Shown: one piece after another, positions 7,870 through 17,901 of the stretch | Numbering within the stretch: the stretch's first letter is position 1 | How the letters are laid out: every line of letters begins with the position of its first letter | Assembly (NCBI RefSeq): GCF_009617975.1 | Contig: NZ_CP040089.1 | Span: forward strand, 690,001-722,000 | Origin: Candidatus Nanohalobium constans | Lineage (GTDB): Archaea; Nanohalarchaeota; Nanosalinia; Nanosalinales; Nanosalinaceae | Direction: 5' to 3' | Length of the DNA stretch: 32,000 bases | Notes under the pieces: generated by a model | The model's input: only the letters and a program-made list of their open reading frames with translations | What the model was told of the DNA's origin: nothing | Databases searched by the model: none | Translations under genes and position numbers: made by a program

Positions 7870-8751
7870 TTATTCTGCTGGACTGTCTCCAGGAGTTTTT
7901 CCTGGTTTCTCCGGACCTTCTTCCGGATTTGAGCTGTGATGCCAGAGTACATTGAACATTGGATCAAGTACTGATTCTGCCATGTGATCGCTTTGACTCC
8001 AGAATGCTGTATCCTGTGTAGAGTGAACATCATCATGAGTCATTGACATTGTGAGTGCGTCGTTGTCGATGATCGTAAACTCTCCTTCCGGAGCGTCAAG
8101 TCCTTCAAGTTTTTCCTCCATACCGCCAAGGTGTCTTACCTCAGCGAAGTCTTTCATCTTTTCGTAGGAAGACTGGTTCTGGTCCGTGACTGGAGCCAGT
8201 ACCTGTACATTAATTCCTTGGTCTTTAGCTTCCTGTAGAAGATCGGAATGATTCTCCATCAAGTCGTTCAATCCTTTTTCCGAAGTCATGACTTTGATAC
8301 TTTCCTCAGCATCCTTCATCATGGTTCCCATGTGCTGATTGATCTGGTGTTCCCCTTTCAGCGACCCACTCATTTCTGCAGGGTCAACAAGCTCTACTCC
8401 TTGGTCGTAGAGACTTTCTAGTTCGTCTACTGCTTCAGAATCTTTGAAGTTTTCAAGATCGTCAAGTTTGTCTTCAAGCTCTTGTTTATGTTGTTGTTTG
8501 ATGTTCTCAATTGCCTGTTCTGGCGGGATTGAGACATATTCCATAGGGCTTGAGGATTTTATGACAACCAGGCCTTTTTCGGCCAGGGATTCTAGTACAT
8601 CGTATGCTCGTGAACGCGGGACATTGGTCATCTCGGAGAGTTCTCCAGCTGTGGAGACACTTCTGCCTAAAAGTGCAGAATAAATCTTCCTCTCGTACAT
8701 GTTCAGTCCGATGTCCTCGAGCTTGTCTAAAGTCTCTTTGCTTGCTACCAT
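7870..8751 (-). CDS. TrmB-family transcriptional regulator
   Basis: N-terminal winged HTH LEDIGLNMYERKIYSALLGRSVSTAGELSEMTNVPRSRAYDVLESLAEKGLVV is typical TrmB. A coiled linker is followed by a C-terminal effector-type domain. Confidence 0.8.
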   Translation of the reverse strand: MVASKETLDKLEDIGLNMYERKIYSALLGRSVSTAGELSEMTNVPRSRAYDVLESLAEKGLVVIKSSSPMEYVSIPPEQAIENIKQQHKQELEDKLDDLENFKDSEAVDELESLYDQGVELVDPAEMSGSLKGEHQINQHMGTMMKDAEESIKVMTSEKGLNDLMENHSDLLQEAKDQGINVQVLAPVTDQNQSSYEKMKDFAEVRHLGGMEEKLEGLDAPEGEFTIIDNDALTMSMTHDDVHSTQDTAFWSQSDHMAESVLDPMFNVLWHHSSNPEEGPEKPGKTPGDSPAE

Positions 8752-8867
8752 TTTGTGGGAAACACCTTGTAAAGCCTTTACTAACCGGTAGTTATAAACT
8801 TTATTTCCGGCTCCAAGAAAGGCCTCACGATTTTATCATTCAACAGTAAACAATAGAACTCGAATAT

Positions 8868-9515
8868 TTATAAAACCTTGTCAACCCGGCGTTTCAACCG
8901 GGTAAAAAACCCTTCAGCCCTTTTCTGGAAAATCCGCGTTTCCTCATCTAATCCCCTCCACTCCATGCCATCAAAGAAACTGCCGATCTGATGACCATAT
9001 TCATCATAATAGACAACCTCATTCATGCCGAACGGAGGCTCATTCTCAACAGGATTATCCGTAAAGGCAAAGCTGACGACCGAAACAGGGATTTTCCCAT
9101 CCGGCACCTTGAAGTTCTGAGCGACACTGTGCTCATCGAAACCGCTCTTCCAGATCGAACTCAATCCCTCTTCCTCGGCCACTAACCGCATATTTTGGAC
9201 TGCCGTCGCACCTTCAGAGAAGCAGAATTCACGGACATTACTGCCCAACTTCCGATTCATCCTCTCCTCATCAGCCAGAACAATGACACTGATAGGGGCC
9301 TCCGCAACCCTGTGATCACCAAGCATCTGCCCCAGATTCTCCAAACTATGGTCATCCTCAACAGCAATAAACTCCAAAGACTGCACATTCCCCGGAGAAG
9401 GAGTATTCCGTCCAGCCTCCAAAATCTTTCCAACCACGTCCCGAGGAATCACCTCATCTCTTGGATGCCGGAAAGAGGAAAGCGATCTGATATTTTCGAA
9501 ACTTGACATAAACAA
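8868..9515 (-). CDS. nitroreductase-family flavoprotein
   Basis: RSLSSFRHPRDEVIPRDVVGKILEAGRNTPSPGNVQSLEFIAVEDD matches the nitroreductase N-terminal signature (R-S-x-R ... aPS-x-x-N-x-Q). Confidence 0.75.
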   Translation of the reverse strand: MFMSSFENIRSLSSFRHPRDEVIPRDVVGKILEAGRNTPSPGNVQSLEFIAVEDDHSLENLGQMLGDHRVAEAPISVIVLADEERMNRKLGSNVREFCFSEGATAVQNMRLVAEEEGLSSIWKSGFDEHSVAQNFKVPDGKIPVSVVSFAFTDNPVENEPPFGMNEVVYYDEYGHQIGSFFDGMEWRGLDEETRIFQKRAEGFFTRLKRRVDKVL

Positions 9516-9534
9516 ACTTTACTCAGCGGTAGCG

Positions 9535-9541
9535 TTTAAAC
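9535..9541 (+). promoter_or_regulatory. TATA-like box (TTTAAAC) upstream of the DNA ligase gene
   Basis: Centred exactly 27 nt before the GTG start at 9565 with no SD. This suggests a leaderless GTG-initiated mRNA. Confidence 0.4.
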
Positions 9542-9564
9542 TTTCAGGCTACGAAGTTTTTCCT

Positions 9565-11238
9565 GTGAAGTACTCGGAGCTAGCTGAAAAATACCAGGAA
9601 CTGGAATCCACTCAGAAGACACTCGAGAAAACAGATATTCTAGCAGAACTATTCAAGGAAGGAGGCGAAGATCTAGAATACCTGGTACTCCTGGCAAGAG
9701 GACGAATCTACCCAGAATGGAACGAAGTGGAGATAGGACTCTCCAGCAGCATGATGCAGGACATCATAGCAGAAGCAACAGGATACACAGAGAAAGAAGT
9801 CGAAGAACTCTGGAGAGACGAAGGAGACCTCGGACTAGCAGCAGAAGAACTAGCCAAAAACAAAAAACAGCAGAAACTCATGAGCACAACACTGACAGTG
9901 GAGAAAGTGATTCAAAGACTGCGGAAAGTCGCAGAGATGAGTAAAGAAGGGTCCAGCCAATCCGTAAGCCAAGACAAGAAGAAAAAAGAAATTGCAGATT
10001 TAATCAGCTCATCAGAACCGCTTGAAGCACGATACATAACAAGAACCGTACTAAGCCACCTAAGAATAGGGATTGGAGAAGGAACAATCAGAGATGCACT
10101 GGCAGAGGCATTCTTCGAGGGAGAAAACAAGGATAAGATTCAGAGAGCATACGACTTCACCAATGATTTCACAGAAGTGGCCCAGGCATGTACAAAAGGA
10201 ATAGAAGAGGTGGAAGAACTGAAGTTAGAGCTTTTCAGACCTGTCAACTCGATGCTAGCCAAGAAAGTAGATACAATAGAAGAAGGATTCGATTCAGTAG
10301 GTAAACCAGCCGTTATCGATTATAAATATGATGGGATGAGGGCTCAGATCCATATCAAGGATAGAGAAGTCAAAATATTTACTCGAAGACTTGAAGATGT
10401 CACTGAACAGTTCCCAGATGTAGTAGAAAAAGTTGAGGAACATATAGATGCTGAAAACTGTATTCTAGACACGGAGATAGTCGGTTTTAATCCCGAAGAT
10501 GGATCTATGATAGAGTTCCAGAAGCTGTCCAAGAGGATTAAGAGAAAGTATGATATTCAGAAGCAGGTGAACGAGATCCCTGTAGAGGTCAGACCTTTCG
10601 ACCTGATATACCTTAACGAGCCGATCCTTGAGGAAGAGTACAGCGAGAGGCTTGAGAAACTGGACAGAATAGTCGATGAAGAGGAGCGAGAACTCAGACT
10701 AGTCGACAGAGAAGTCACCGATGAAGAGGAGAAGGTTCAGGAAATGCAGCAAAAATCTCTGTCCGAAGGACATGAAGGCATTATGATGAAGAAGCTGGAT
10801 GCAGAATACAAGCCCGGAAACCGGGTCGGATACATGGTCAAGCTGAAGCCAGTAATGGAGACACTGGACCTGGCGATCGTGGCAGCCAAATGGAGTGAAG
10901 GTGAGAGAGCCGGATGGCTAGGCAGACTATTCCTCGGATGCTACAACAAGGAAACAGGAGAATACGAACAGGTCGGAAAAATGGCCACAGGACTGACAGA
11001 AGAACAGCTAGAAGAGATAACAGAGAGGCTGAAGCCGTTAATAGAAAAGGAAGATGGTCGAAAAGTCTGGGTCCAACCAGACATAATAGTAGAAGTAGAA
11101 TACGAAGAAATACAGCAAAGCCCAACCTACAACTCAGGATACGCACTGCGCTTCCCAAGACTAAAGAGTTTCAGAGACGATAAAGAAGAAGCAGACTCCA
11201 AGGAGAAAATTGAAAGTTTGTATGAGGATCAGAAGTAA
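9565..11238 (+). CDS. lig: ATP-dependent DNA ligase
   Basis: 557 aa. The adenylation motif I is VIDYKYDGMRAQIH (KxDG). The N-terminal DNA-binding domain begins (GTG)KYSELAEKYQELEST as in archaeal Lig. The C-terminal OB domain includes YALRFPRLKSFRDDK. Confidence 0.9.
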   Translation: MKYSELAEKYQELESTQKTLEKTDILAELFKEGGEDLEYLVLLARGRIYPEWNEVEIGLSSSMMQDIIAEATGYTEKEVEELWRDEGDLGLAAEELAKNKKQQKLMSTTLTVEKVIQRLRKVAEMSKEGSSQSVSQDKKKKEIADLISSSEPLEARYITRTVLSHLRIGIGEGTIRDALAEAFFEGENKDKIQRAYDFTNDFTEVAQACTKGIEEVEELKLELFRPVNSMLAKKVDTIEEGFDSVGKPAVIDYKYDGMRAQIHIKDREVKIFTRRLEDVTEQFPDVVEKVEEHIDAENCILDTEIVGFNPEDGSMIEFQKLSKRIKRKYDIQKQVNEIPVEVRPFDLIYLNEPILEEEYSERLEKLDRIVDEEERELRLVDREVTDEEEKVQEMQQKSLSEGHEGIMMKKLDAEYKPGNRVGYMVKLKPVMETLDLAIVAAKWSEGERAGWLGRLFLGCYNKETGEYEQVGKMATGLTEEQLEEITERLKPLIEKEDGRKVWVQPDIIVEVEYEEIQQSPTYNSGYALRFPRLKSFRDDKEEADSKEKIESLYEDQK

Positions 11239-11259
11239 AAGAAAGGAGAGAAATTTAGG

Positions 11260-11757
11260 TTAGTCTAGTCTTCTTTCTAGGTAGTTGACTAGTGTTTTCC
11301 TGTTCTGGTTGTTTTTCTCTGCTTCTAGGACTTCTTTTGCTGTGATATCTTCTCTGTTTTGGACAGCTTCTTTGACTTCTTGTACTGTGCTGCTTGTTAC
11401 TAGTTCTTCTGCTCTTGATCCATTGCTTGTGCTGGATGAGACTGCTTGTTTGATTTCTTTTGCTGCTTCTCTTGTCTCTCTTTCCACGTCTTTCTGTGTT
11501 TCTTGCGTAGTCTCTTGTTCCTGAAGTGTTTGCTGACCGTTGAACTGAGTGGATTTCTGTTGTTTCTCCTGTTTTTCCTGTCGCTGTACCTTCCATTCAT
11601 CGCTTTCAAGCCAGACGATGAACGCTCCGACAAGTATCAGCAGCGGACCAATACCTCCTAACACAAGATTCAGAAGCTGGTTTGAGAATTCTATTGATGT
11701 AAAGATTCCTAGCACCATCATTAGTGCTCCTACGAAAATTTTCAGTACCGGACTCAT
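11260..11757 (-). CDS. hypothetical membrane protein (2 TM) with low-complexity Q/E/K/T-rich cytoplasmic region
   Basis: MSPVLKIFVGALMMVLGIFTSIE and LVLGGIGPLLILVGAFIVWL are hydrophobic helices, followed by QRQEKQEKQQKSTQFNGQQTLQEQETTQETQKD. The ORF opens at TTG 11781, and the first ATG is at 11757. Confidence 0.5.
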   Translation of the reverse strand: MSPVLKIFVGALMMVLGIFTSIEFSNQLLNLVLGGIGPLLILVGAFIVWLESDEWKVQRQEKQEKQQKSTQFNGQQTLQEQETTQETQKDVERETREAAKEIKQAVSSSTSNGSRAEELVTSSTVQEVKEAVQNREDITAKEVLEAEKNNQNRKTLVNYLERRLD

Positions 11758-11906
11758 TGTATCACAACTACACAATAACAAAAAACTCTTATATTAATTG
11801 AGAACGAGTAGGATTGATTCAATCAGACCAGTTAACGAAACGGCTACCTCTGTTTACCATTTATAATATTTTCCGGAAAATGTTTGGATACGAGCTGAGC
11901 AAAACT

Positions 11907-12482
11907 ATGAGTTTCTACAAATATGCAAAGGAACACTACGAACAGCCCAAGGAGAACTTGGAAGAAATATACAGCGAAAGACTCCAGGACTGGAGAAGAG
12001 AACCAAAAATGGTCAAACAGGAAAACCCTACCAGAATTCCAAAGGCAAGACAGCTCGGCTACAAAGCAAAACAAGGCTTCAACGTAATCCGTGTCCAGGT
12101 CGACAAAGGAGGAACCAAGAGACATCGACCTGACGCAGGAAGAGCACCTTCAAATACAGGACAAAGCCGGTACAGCTCAAAAAAGTCAAAACAAGTAATA
12201 GCAGAACAGAGAGCTTCCTCAAAATACGAGAACCTAGAAGTACTGAACAGTTACTGGGCAGCAGAAGACGGAAACCGAAAATGGTTCGAAGTCATCATGG
12301 TAGACCCAGACCACCCAGAAATCGAAAACGACGAAGACATCAACTGGATCTGCGACAAAAGAAACCGTGCAGAGAACGGTCAGACACCAGCAGCCAAAGA
12401 AAGCAGAGGACTAAGCAACAAAGGCAAAGGCGCGGAAAAAGTAAGGCCTTCACAGGCAGCTAACGACGGCAAGACCAAATAA
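11907..12482 (+). CDS. rpl15e: 50S ribosomal protein L15e
   Basis: From ATG 11907 the sequence is MSFYKYAKEHYEQPKE ... NPTRIPKARQLGYKAKQGFNVIRVQVDKGGTKR, the L15e signature, at 191 aa. The upstream part of the ORF (11814-11906) looks non-coding. Confidence 0.9.
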   Translation: MSFYKYAKEHYEQPKENLEEIYSERLQDWRREPKMVKQENPTRIPKARQLGYKAKQGFNVIRVQVDKGGTKRHRPDAGRAPSNTGQSRYSSKKSKQVIAEQRASSKYENLEVLNSYWAAEDGNRKWFEVIMVDPDHPEIENDEDINWICDKRNRAENGQTPAAKESRGLSNKGKGAEKVRPSQAANDGKTK

Positions 12483-12576
12483 CTTTTTACTTTCCCCTCT
12501 ATCCTATCAATTTCTATTGTACACCCCATTTTCTCAGGCAGGATTTCTTAAATCATTTTAGATTCCAGTAACTTCT

Positions 12577-13182
12577 ATGCCCCAGTTCCACGACTTTTTC
12601 ATAAATCCAGGACTAGAGGAAGAGGCCGAAGAATTAGGATGGAGCAATGGAAGCATCAGTGCTTCAGTCAAGATACTTGAAGCGAATGATTGGGGCGAAC
12701 TCAAGCAGAAGATTAACGAGAATAGGGAAAATTATGATATACTCGCTTTCCAGGGCGGAAACCACGAATTAAACCGGAAAGCATTCTCCACACCAAAGAT
12801 GGATGTAGTACTTCATCCTGGTAAAGGGAGGAAGGATTCCGGCATGAATCATGTGGACGCAGAGAAGTCTGCTGAGAATGATGTCGCAGTCTGTTTTTCG
12901 CTTAGAGAAGTTCCAGGAGATTCCAAGAGGCAGAGTCAGGTACTTGGAGATTGGAGAAGAAACCTGAAGCTTTGTGAAAAATATAATGCGCCATATATTC
13001 TTACGACAGAAGCCGAGAGTTCACATCAGTTGAGGGCTCCTAGAGACATGGCAGCAGTTATTAGCTCTTTGGGATACGATGGCAGAAAGGCAGTTTCAGA
13101 AGTGCCCGGGAAAATATTAGAGAAAAACCTGGAAGCCAGAAGAAAGAGTTCTGATTACGCTGGACATGAGGTGGTTGATTAG
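12577..13182 (+). CDS. rnp3: RNase P protein component 3 (Rpp30)
   Basis: 201 aa. DILAFQGGNHELNRKAFSTPKMDVVLHP ... NDVAVCFSLREV ... YNAPYILTTEAESSHQLRAPRDMAAVISSLG follows the Rpp30 TIM-barrel pattern. It is translationally coupled to the Pop5 gene. Confidence 0.7.
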   Translation: MPQFHDFFINPGLEEEAEELGWSNGSISASVKILEANDWGELKQKINENRENYDILAFQGGNHELNRKAFSTPKMDVVLHPGKGRKDSGMNHVDAEKSAENDVAVCFSLREVPGDSKRQSQVLGDWRRNLKLCEKYNAPYILTTEAESSHQLRAPRDMAAVISSLGYDGRKAVSEVPGKILEKNLEARRKSSDYAGHEVVD

Positions 13183-13499
13183 TGAAGCGTATTCCTCCAG
13201 CCATTCAAGAAAATCAGCGCTATCTCAAGTTCAAAGTTAGAGGCGAATATAAAGAGATTGGCGAAGTCGTGGATGCCGTTTGGGATTCCGCCACGAAGTA
13301 CATGGGTACTCAAGGAGCTAGTAAATGCGATTTGTGGATTATTGGAAACAAGTTTGATGAAGAGAAACAGGAAGGAGTTGTCAAGATTAATAGAGAAATG
13401 GAAGATGACTTTAGGGCTGCTTTAACACTTAACACCGGATTCGATGACGATACATTTCTTAGTGTAGAGAAGGCTTCTGGAACACTAAAATCCCTTTGA
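13182..13499 (+). CDS. rnp2: RNase P protein component 2 (Pop5)
   Basis: 105 aa. PPAIQENQRYLKFKV matches the Pop5 N-terminal R-x-x-x-RY-[IL]-x-F motif. The GTG start shares a G with the rnp3 TAG stop (TAGTG). A GAGGTG Shine-Dalgarno lies at 13168-13173. Confidence 0.7.
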   Translation: MKRIPPAIQENQRYLKFKVRGEYKEIGEVVDAVWDSATKYMGTQGASKCDLWIIGNKFDEEKQEGVVKINREMEDDFRAALTLNTGFDDDTFLSVEKASGTLKSL

Positions 13500-13639
13500 A
13501 CTTAGACCAACTTAACTTAAACCATATTTAAAAGGTTTCCTTTATAAACCGTATATATAGTTTTTAAACGAGGCCAGCTTTTTCCCGAATATTTTCGCTC
13601 TCGTGGAAAAAACTCTAAACACAAGGTGAATCAAGAAAA

Positions 13640-14188
<549 letters not shown>

Positions 14189-14221
14189 AACAATTTTTTC
14201 TTTCATATCTTTCTTAGAAGT

Positions 14222-14614
14222 ATGGTTGAAGATTTAGTCGACTGGAGCATAGATAACCATAACATAATTGCCGGAGCAGCCATAGGTATAAACGGAGGAA
14301 TCTCATTTTATTTCCAAGATAAATCTGATAGAATAGATACTGAAGATCTTTCTCTAGAAACTCAAACAGTCGTAGGCGGACTAATTCAGGGAACAATCCT
14401 AGAATCAGGTTATTCATTTGTACTTGGAGACCAGGACTATGATCCAGAAGTAGCTGCGTCAGCTGCAGTAACAGCTACAGCAGTTTACAGAACGCTTTCT
14501 GAGCTAGATGAGCGATACCTAGCAGACGGCAAGGAATCAGCAAGAGAATTAGAAAAAGAACTCAATCAAGACGACCGCTACCAAGAAAATCCAGAAGAAT
14601 TATTTAATTTCTGA
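14222..14614 (+). CDS. hypothetical acidic protein
   Basis: 130-aa ORF with host-like acidic composition and no recognisable family. The 3' end overlaps the convergent Nudix gene by 15 nt. Confidence 0.45.
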   Translation: MVEDLVDWSIDNHNIIAGAAIGINGGISFYFQDKSDRIDTEDLSLETQTVVGGLIQGTILESGYSFVLGDQDYDPEVAASAAVTATAVYRTLSELDERYLADGKESARELEKELNQDDRYQENPEELFNF

Positions 14615-15070
14615 AGAACTCTGAATAGCCTGCTTACCTGCTTCACGAACATACTCAGGAATATCATAACTTTCATCACTTAGTTCTTCTTTGCTGAACC
14701 ATTTCACTCCATCGTGTTCATGGTCATGAGTAGCTTCTTCCTCATTTTTGATTCTGGCCAGGTAGAGGTAGTCACAGTGCCAATGGCCGTCTTCAACCTT
14801 ATGCAGATTTGCATTGAAAGGCCGCGGAATATCGATAAACTCCTCTTCAACAACGCCGGAAGAATGCTGTAGTTCAACTTCAAGTCCTGTTTCCTCCATT
14901 GTTTCTCGCTTAGCTGCTTCATCAGGAGTCTCTCTTTCCTCTACATGTCCTCCAGGCGGCAGCCAGACGCCGTATTTGCTGTGATCAAGCAGGAGAAGTT
15001 TCCCGTCTTCCACGACCAGACATCCTGCTACGAAGTCTCTTCTAGCTCCTTCAGGAACTCTTAACTCCAT
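14600..15070 (-). CDS. Nudix hydrolase
   Basis: Nudix box PPGGHVEERETPDEAAKRETMEETGLEV (G-x5-E-x7-REx2EExG). Its start overlaps the stop of the upstream PCD gene by 10 nt, giving an operon arrangement. Confidence 0.85.
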   Translation of the reverse strand: MELRVPEGARRDFVAGCLVVEDGKLLLLDHSKYGVWLPPGGHVEERETPDEAAKRETMEETGLEVELQHSSGVVEEEFIDIPRPFNANLHKVEDGHWHCDYLYLARIKNEEEATHDHEHDGVKWFSKEELSDESYDIPEYVREAGKQAIQSSSEIK

Positions 15071-15366
15071 TTTATCTCGCCCAATCTCTGTTCTATCTCT
15101 TCAGCTAGTGCAAAATCAGCCTCTGTAATACCGTCCTCTTCATGACTCCATAAGTCAATTTCTACTGCCCCGTACTCTACAGTGACTTCTGGATGATGGA
15201 AATGGGCTTCTGCCAGCGTGAATACTGTGTTGGCGAAGAATACCGAGTCTTTGTAGTTGTCAAACTCTACTCGGGTCACCAGTTTGTTGTCGCTGCGGCT
15301 CCATATCTGCGTTTCCTCTAGTTTTTCCGTTATATCGTCGTCTGAAAGTGTTTCCGCGTTTGCCAT
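15061..15366 (-). CDS. pterin-4-alpha-carbinolamine dehydratase (PCD/DCoH family)
   Basis: LAEAHFHHPEVTVEYGAVEIDLWSHEEDGITEADFALAEEIE carries the PCD signature (HHP ... W-x-H ... D). The start is taken at ATG 15366 (MANAETL...). The longer ORF to 15408 would collide with the mcm promoter and start. Confidence 0.8.
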   Translation of the reverse strand: MANAETLSDDDITEKLEETQIWSRSDNKLVTRVEFDNYKDSVFFANTVFTLAEAHFHHPEVTVEYGAVEIDLWSHEEDGITEADFALAEEIEQRLGEIKWS

Positions 15367-15419
15367 ATTTACGGTTGGGATGCGGAGAGTTTTCATTATT
15401 TTTATCATTTGTCAGCGCA

Positions 15420-17414
15420 ATGGTGATTATGGATTACGGGGAGGCAGTGACCGAGTTCGAGGAATTCTTCTCAGAGAGATACTTCCAGGAAGTCGTAGAA
15501 GCCGCTAAAGACGGGAGAGACAGCGTCGTAGTAGAGTTTGAGAAACTTGACATGTTCAGCTTTGAACTTACTGACTATCTCCGTGAAAACCCGGTTTCTG
15601 GAGTGGATGCTGCAGAAGAAGGTGTTCAAAGCCACGAACAAGTGACTGGCGAAGATTTCTCAGTCCGATTCGTCAACATGCCTGAAGAAGACCAGGTACT
15701 ACTCAAGAACCTGAGATCAGAACACATAGGCAAATTCATACCAGTAGAAGGCATGATAAAAAGAGCCTCACAAGTCAAACCGGAAGTAGTATCCGCAATA
15801 TTTGAATGTACAGCCTGTGGTGACAGATACGAAAAAGAACAGGACTCCTCTGAGCTGAAGTCACCTTACAAGTGTGACTGTGGCAGCAAAAAGTTTGATG
15901 CTATCGAGAAAAACATGACAGATACACAGATGGTGACACTGGAAGAAGATCCGGAGTCAAGGGAAGGATCTGAGCAGCCCTCATCACTTTCAGTAAGATT
16001 AGAGGGCGACTTGGTTGATCCTGACTTCCAGAAGAAAATTGTACCAGGTAATGTCGTCGAAGTAACCGGTATAATGCGTGAAAGACCATTGAAAAAGAAC
16101 TCCAAGAAATTCGACATCTACATGGAAGCCAACCATGTCGAACCCACACAGCAAGAGTTTGAAGAGTTCGAACTATCCGGAGACGAAGCGGAAGAGATCA
16201 GAGCCATGGCAGAAGAAGGCAACATATACGAAAGAATAGTAAACTCTATTGCACCATCGATCTTCGGCCATGACCGAATCAAAGAGGCCATAGCACTACA
16301 AATATTCGGAGGAGTCAAGAAAACAAGAGAAGATGGAGTCAAAAGCCGTGGAGACCTCCACCTACTACTAATCGGAGAACCAGGAACCGGTAAATCCCAG
16401 ATGCTTAAATTCACAGGAGAACTAGCACCAAAAGGACGCTATGTAGTAGGTAAATCCTCCACAGGCGCAGGACTCACAGCATCTGTCGTTAAAGAAGAAT
16501 CTACAGGAGAGTTCAGCCTTGAAGCCGGTGCAGTAGTCCTGGCTAACAAAGGAATGGCCGCCATAGACGAAATAGACAAAATGGCAGCAGAAGACCGTTC
16601 TAGCCTCCACGAGGCGATGGAACAGCAGCAGATTTCGGTTTCCAAGGCTAATATCCAGGCTACCTTGAATGCTGAGACAAGTATTTTGGCTGCTGGTAAC
16701 CCTAAGTTTGGGCGTTTCGATCCCTACGAACCGATCCCCGAACAGATTAACATCGGCGACACACTTCTTTCCCGTTTCGACATGATATTCCCTGTTCTGG
16801 ATGAGCCGGATGAGGAGAAAGACAAGGAATTGGCAGGGACGATTCTGCAGAACCACATAGATCCAGAGGACACGGATGCGGAAATCCAGCAGGAGGAGCT
16901 GAGAAAATACATCGCGTACGCCAAGAAAAATGTACGACCACAGCTGACTGAGGAAGCCAGTCAGAAGATTCAGGAGTTCTATGTAAATATGCGTTCCAAG
17001 GGAGACGAAGGAAGTGTACCGATAACCGCTCGACAGCTTGAAGCACTGATCAGGATCTCCGAGGCAGCCGCAAGAGCACAACTAAAGGAAGAAGTTGATG
17101 TCTCCGACGCCGAGAAAGCGATTGATCTATTGACTTACTGTTTGAAGCAGGTTGGAATGGATCCAGAGACAGGCGACTTCGACATCGACATCATCGAATC
17201 CGGTGTATCCAACAGCCAGAGAAACCGGCTGCAAACCATCAAACAGTTGATCGATACACTGGCCGGGGACGATGACTCAGCTGAGATCGAGGAAGTACTT
17301 GAGCATGCTCAGGAAGATGGAATTGAGGAGGACAAAGCTGAGGAAATTATTGAAAAGTTGAAGCGAGAAGGAGAACTATTCGAGCCCCAGCAAGGACATA
17401 TTCAGAAGATCTAG
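15420..17414 (+). CDS. mcm: MCM replicative helicase
   Basis: Zn motif CTACGDRY...CDCGSKKF, Walker A LLIGEPGTGKSQ, Walker B AAIDEIDKM, arginine finger LLSRFDMIF, and a C-terminal winged helix (...KLKREGELFEPQQGHIQKI). The start is ATG 15420 or 15429. The ORF-track extension from 15348 overlaps the divergent PCD gene. Confidence 0.95.
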   Translation: MVIMDYGEAVTEFEEFFSERYFQEVVEAAKDGRDSVVVEFEKLDMFSFELTDYLRENPVSGVDAAEEGVQSHEQVTGEDFSVRFVNMPEEDQVLLKNLRSEHIGKFIPVEGMIKRASQVKPEVVSAIFECTACGDRYEKEQDSSELKSPYKCDCGSKKFDAIEKNMTDTQMVTLEEDPESREGSEQPSSLSVRLEGDLVDPDFQKKIVPGNVVEVTGIMRERPLKKNSKKFDIYMEANHVEPTQQEFEEFELSGDEAEEIRAMAEEGNIYERIVNSIAPSIFGHDRIKEAIALQIFGGVKKTREDGVKSRGDLHLLLIGEPGTGKSQMLKFTGELAPKGRYVVGKSSTGAGLTASVVKEESTGEFSLEAGAVVLANKGMAAIDEIDKMAAEDRSSLHEAMEQQQISVSKANIQATLNAETSILAAGNPKFGRFDPYEPIPEQINIGDTLLSRFDMIFPVLDEPDEEKDKELAGTILQNHIDPEDTDAEIQQEELRKYIAYAKKNVRPQLTEEASQKIQEFYVNMRSKGDEGSVPITARQLEALIRISEAAARAQLKEEVDVSDAEKAIDLLTYCLKQVGMDPETGDFDIDIIESGVSNSQRNRLQTIKQLIDTLAGDDDSAEIEEVLEHAQEDGIEEDKAEEIIEKLKREGELFEPQQGHIQKI

Positions 17415-17419
17415 AAGTT

Positions 17420-17692
17420 TTATCTGTATGCTTTGTCTCTTGGAAGTACTGTTGTAAACTTTATTTCGTTTTCTAGTATGTCGAAGAATGCTCTGTAATC
17501 TCCTATTTTGAGTCTCCAGGTAGATTTTTCTGCTATGAATTTGGTGCTGTTATGCTGCTTCGGATCTAGACCATAGTCTTTGATTTGTTTCTGGAATTCT
17601 TTCAGTTTAGAAATGATTCTATCCTGAGTTTGTTTCTCTAGTTCGGTGAGCCTTTCGTCGAATCGTTTTGTCCGGGTTACTTTATAGCTCAT
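17420..17692 (-). CDS. relE: type II toxin, RelE/ParE superfamily
   Basis: 90 aa and basic. STWRLKIGDYRAFFDILENEIKFTTVLPRDKAY matches the RelE core (W-R-x-R/K-x-GDYR ... R-x-x-x-Y). It overlaps the upstream antitoxin ORF by 11 nt. Confidence 0.8.
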   Translation of the reverse strand: MSYKVTRTKRFDERLTELEKQTQDRIISKLKEFQKQIKDYGLDPKQHNSTKFIAEKSTWRLKIGDYRAFFDILENEIKFTTVLPRDKAYR

Positions 17693-17885
17693 CTATAGGC
17701 TGACCTTCTTGATCTCTAGCTTCTTCAATATCTTCCTTGGCTTTCTCAGAAAGTTTCTTGTTCTCCATATTCCGGACCAGACTCCTTAGAAGTTCCCCCC
17801 TGGAGGTAAAATTTCCTTCCTCCACAGATTCATCTAATTCCTCAATCATGTCTTCCGGAGCTTTGAAACTGACAACCGAACTCAT
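17682..17885 (-). CDS. ribbon-helix-helix (CopG-like) antitoxin
   Basis: From ATG 17885 the sequence is MSSVVSFKAPEDMIEELDESVEEGNFTSRGELLRSLVRNM, which reads as beta strand, helix, helix. The acidic C-tail is 67 aa in total. It lies immediately upstream of and overlaps relE. Confidence 0.7.
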   Translation of the reverse strand: MSSVVSFKAPEDMIEELDESVEEGNFTSRGELLRSLVRNMENKKLSEKAKEDIEEARDQEGQPIDEL

Positions 17886-17901
17886 AGACAAGTATACTAA
17901 G

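Noticed and set aside
9717-9944. Arg/Ser-rich alternative-frame ORFs (9717-9944, 10914-11183, 12281-12463, 11255-11596, 11400-11633)
   Set aside because: They are off-frame readings of purine-rich (GAA/AAG/AGA) coding DNA in lig, rpl15e and the low-complexity membrane protein. The low-complexity R/S/K strings are typical of such artefacts.
11400-11600. Repetitive-looking CT/TG-rich DNA (possible tandem repeat or CRISPR-like array)
   Set aside because: There is no regular repeat-spacer periodicity. The region is the low-complexity Q/E/K/T-rich coding segment of the membrane protein at 11260-11757 read on the opposite strand.
11814-11906. 31-codon extension upstream of L15e, and the analogous extension of the antitoxin ORF (17886-17966)
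   Set aside because: Homology for L15e begins at MSFYKYAKEHY (ATG 11907), and the RHH fold begins at MSSVVSFKAP (ATG 17885). The upstream parts are hydrophobic, non-conserved-looking read-through of promoter DNA.
15348-15419. 24-codon N-terminal extension of the mcm ORF
   Set aside because: It encodes a hydrophobic, Cys-containing string (MFPRLPYLRLGCGEFSLFLSFVSA) unlike any MCM N-terminus. It also overlaps the divergent PCD gene start and promoter. ATG 15420/15429 fits the TATA spacing better.
16422-17081. 219-aa minus-strand ORF (plus 16747-17046, 16724-16924, 16118-16414, 15866-16149)
   Set aside because: All lie entirely antisense inside the well-supported mcm gene and have a Cys/Phe/Leu/Ser-rich, non-acidic composition. 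They are shadow ORFs of GAR-rich coding sequence.
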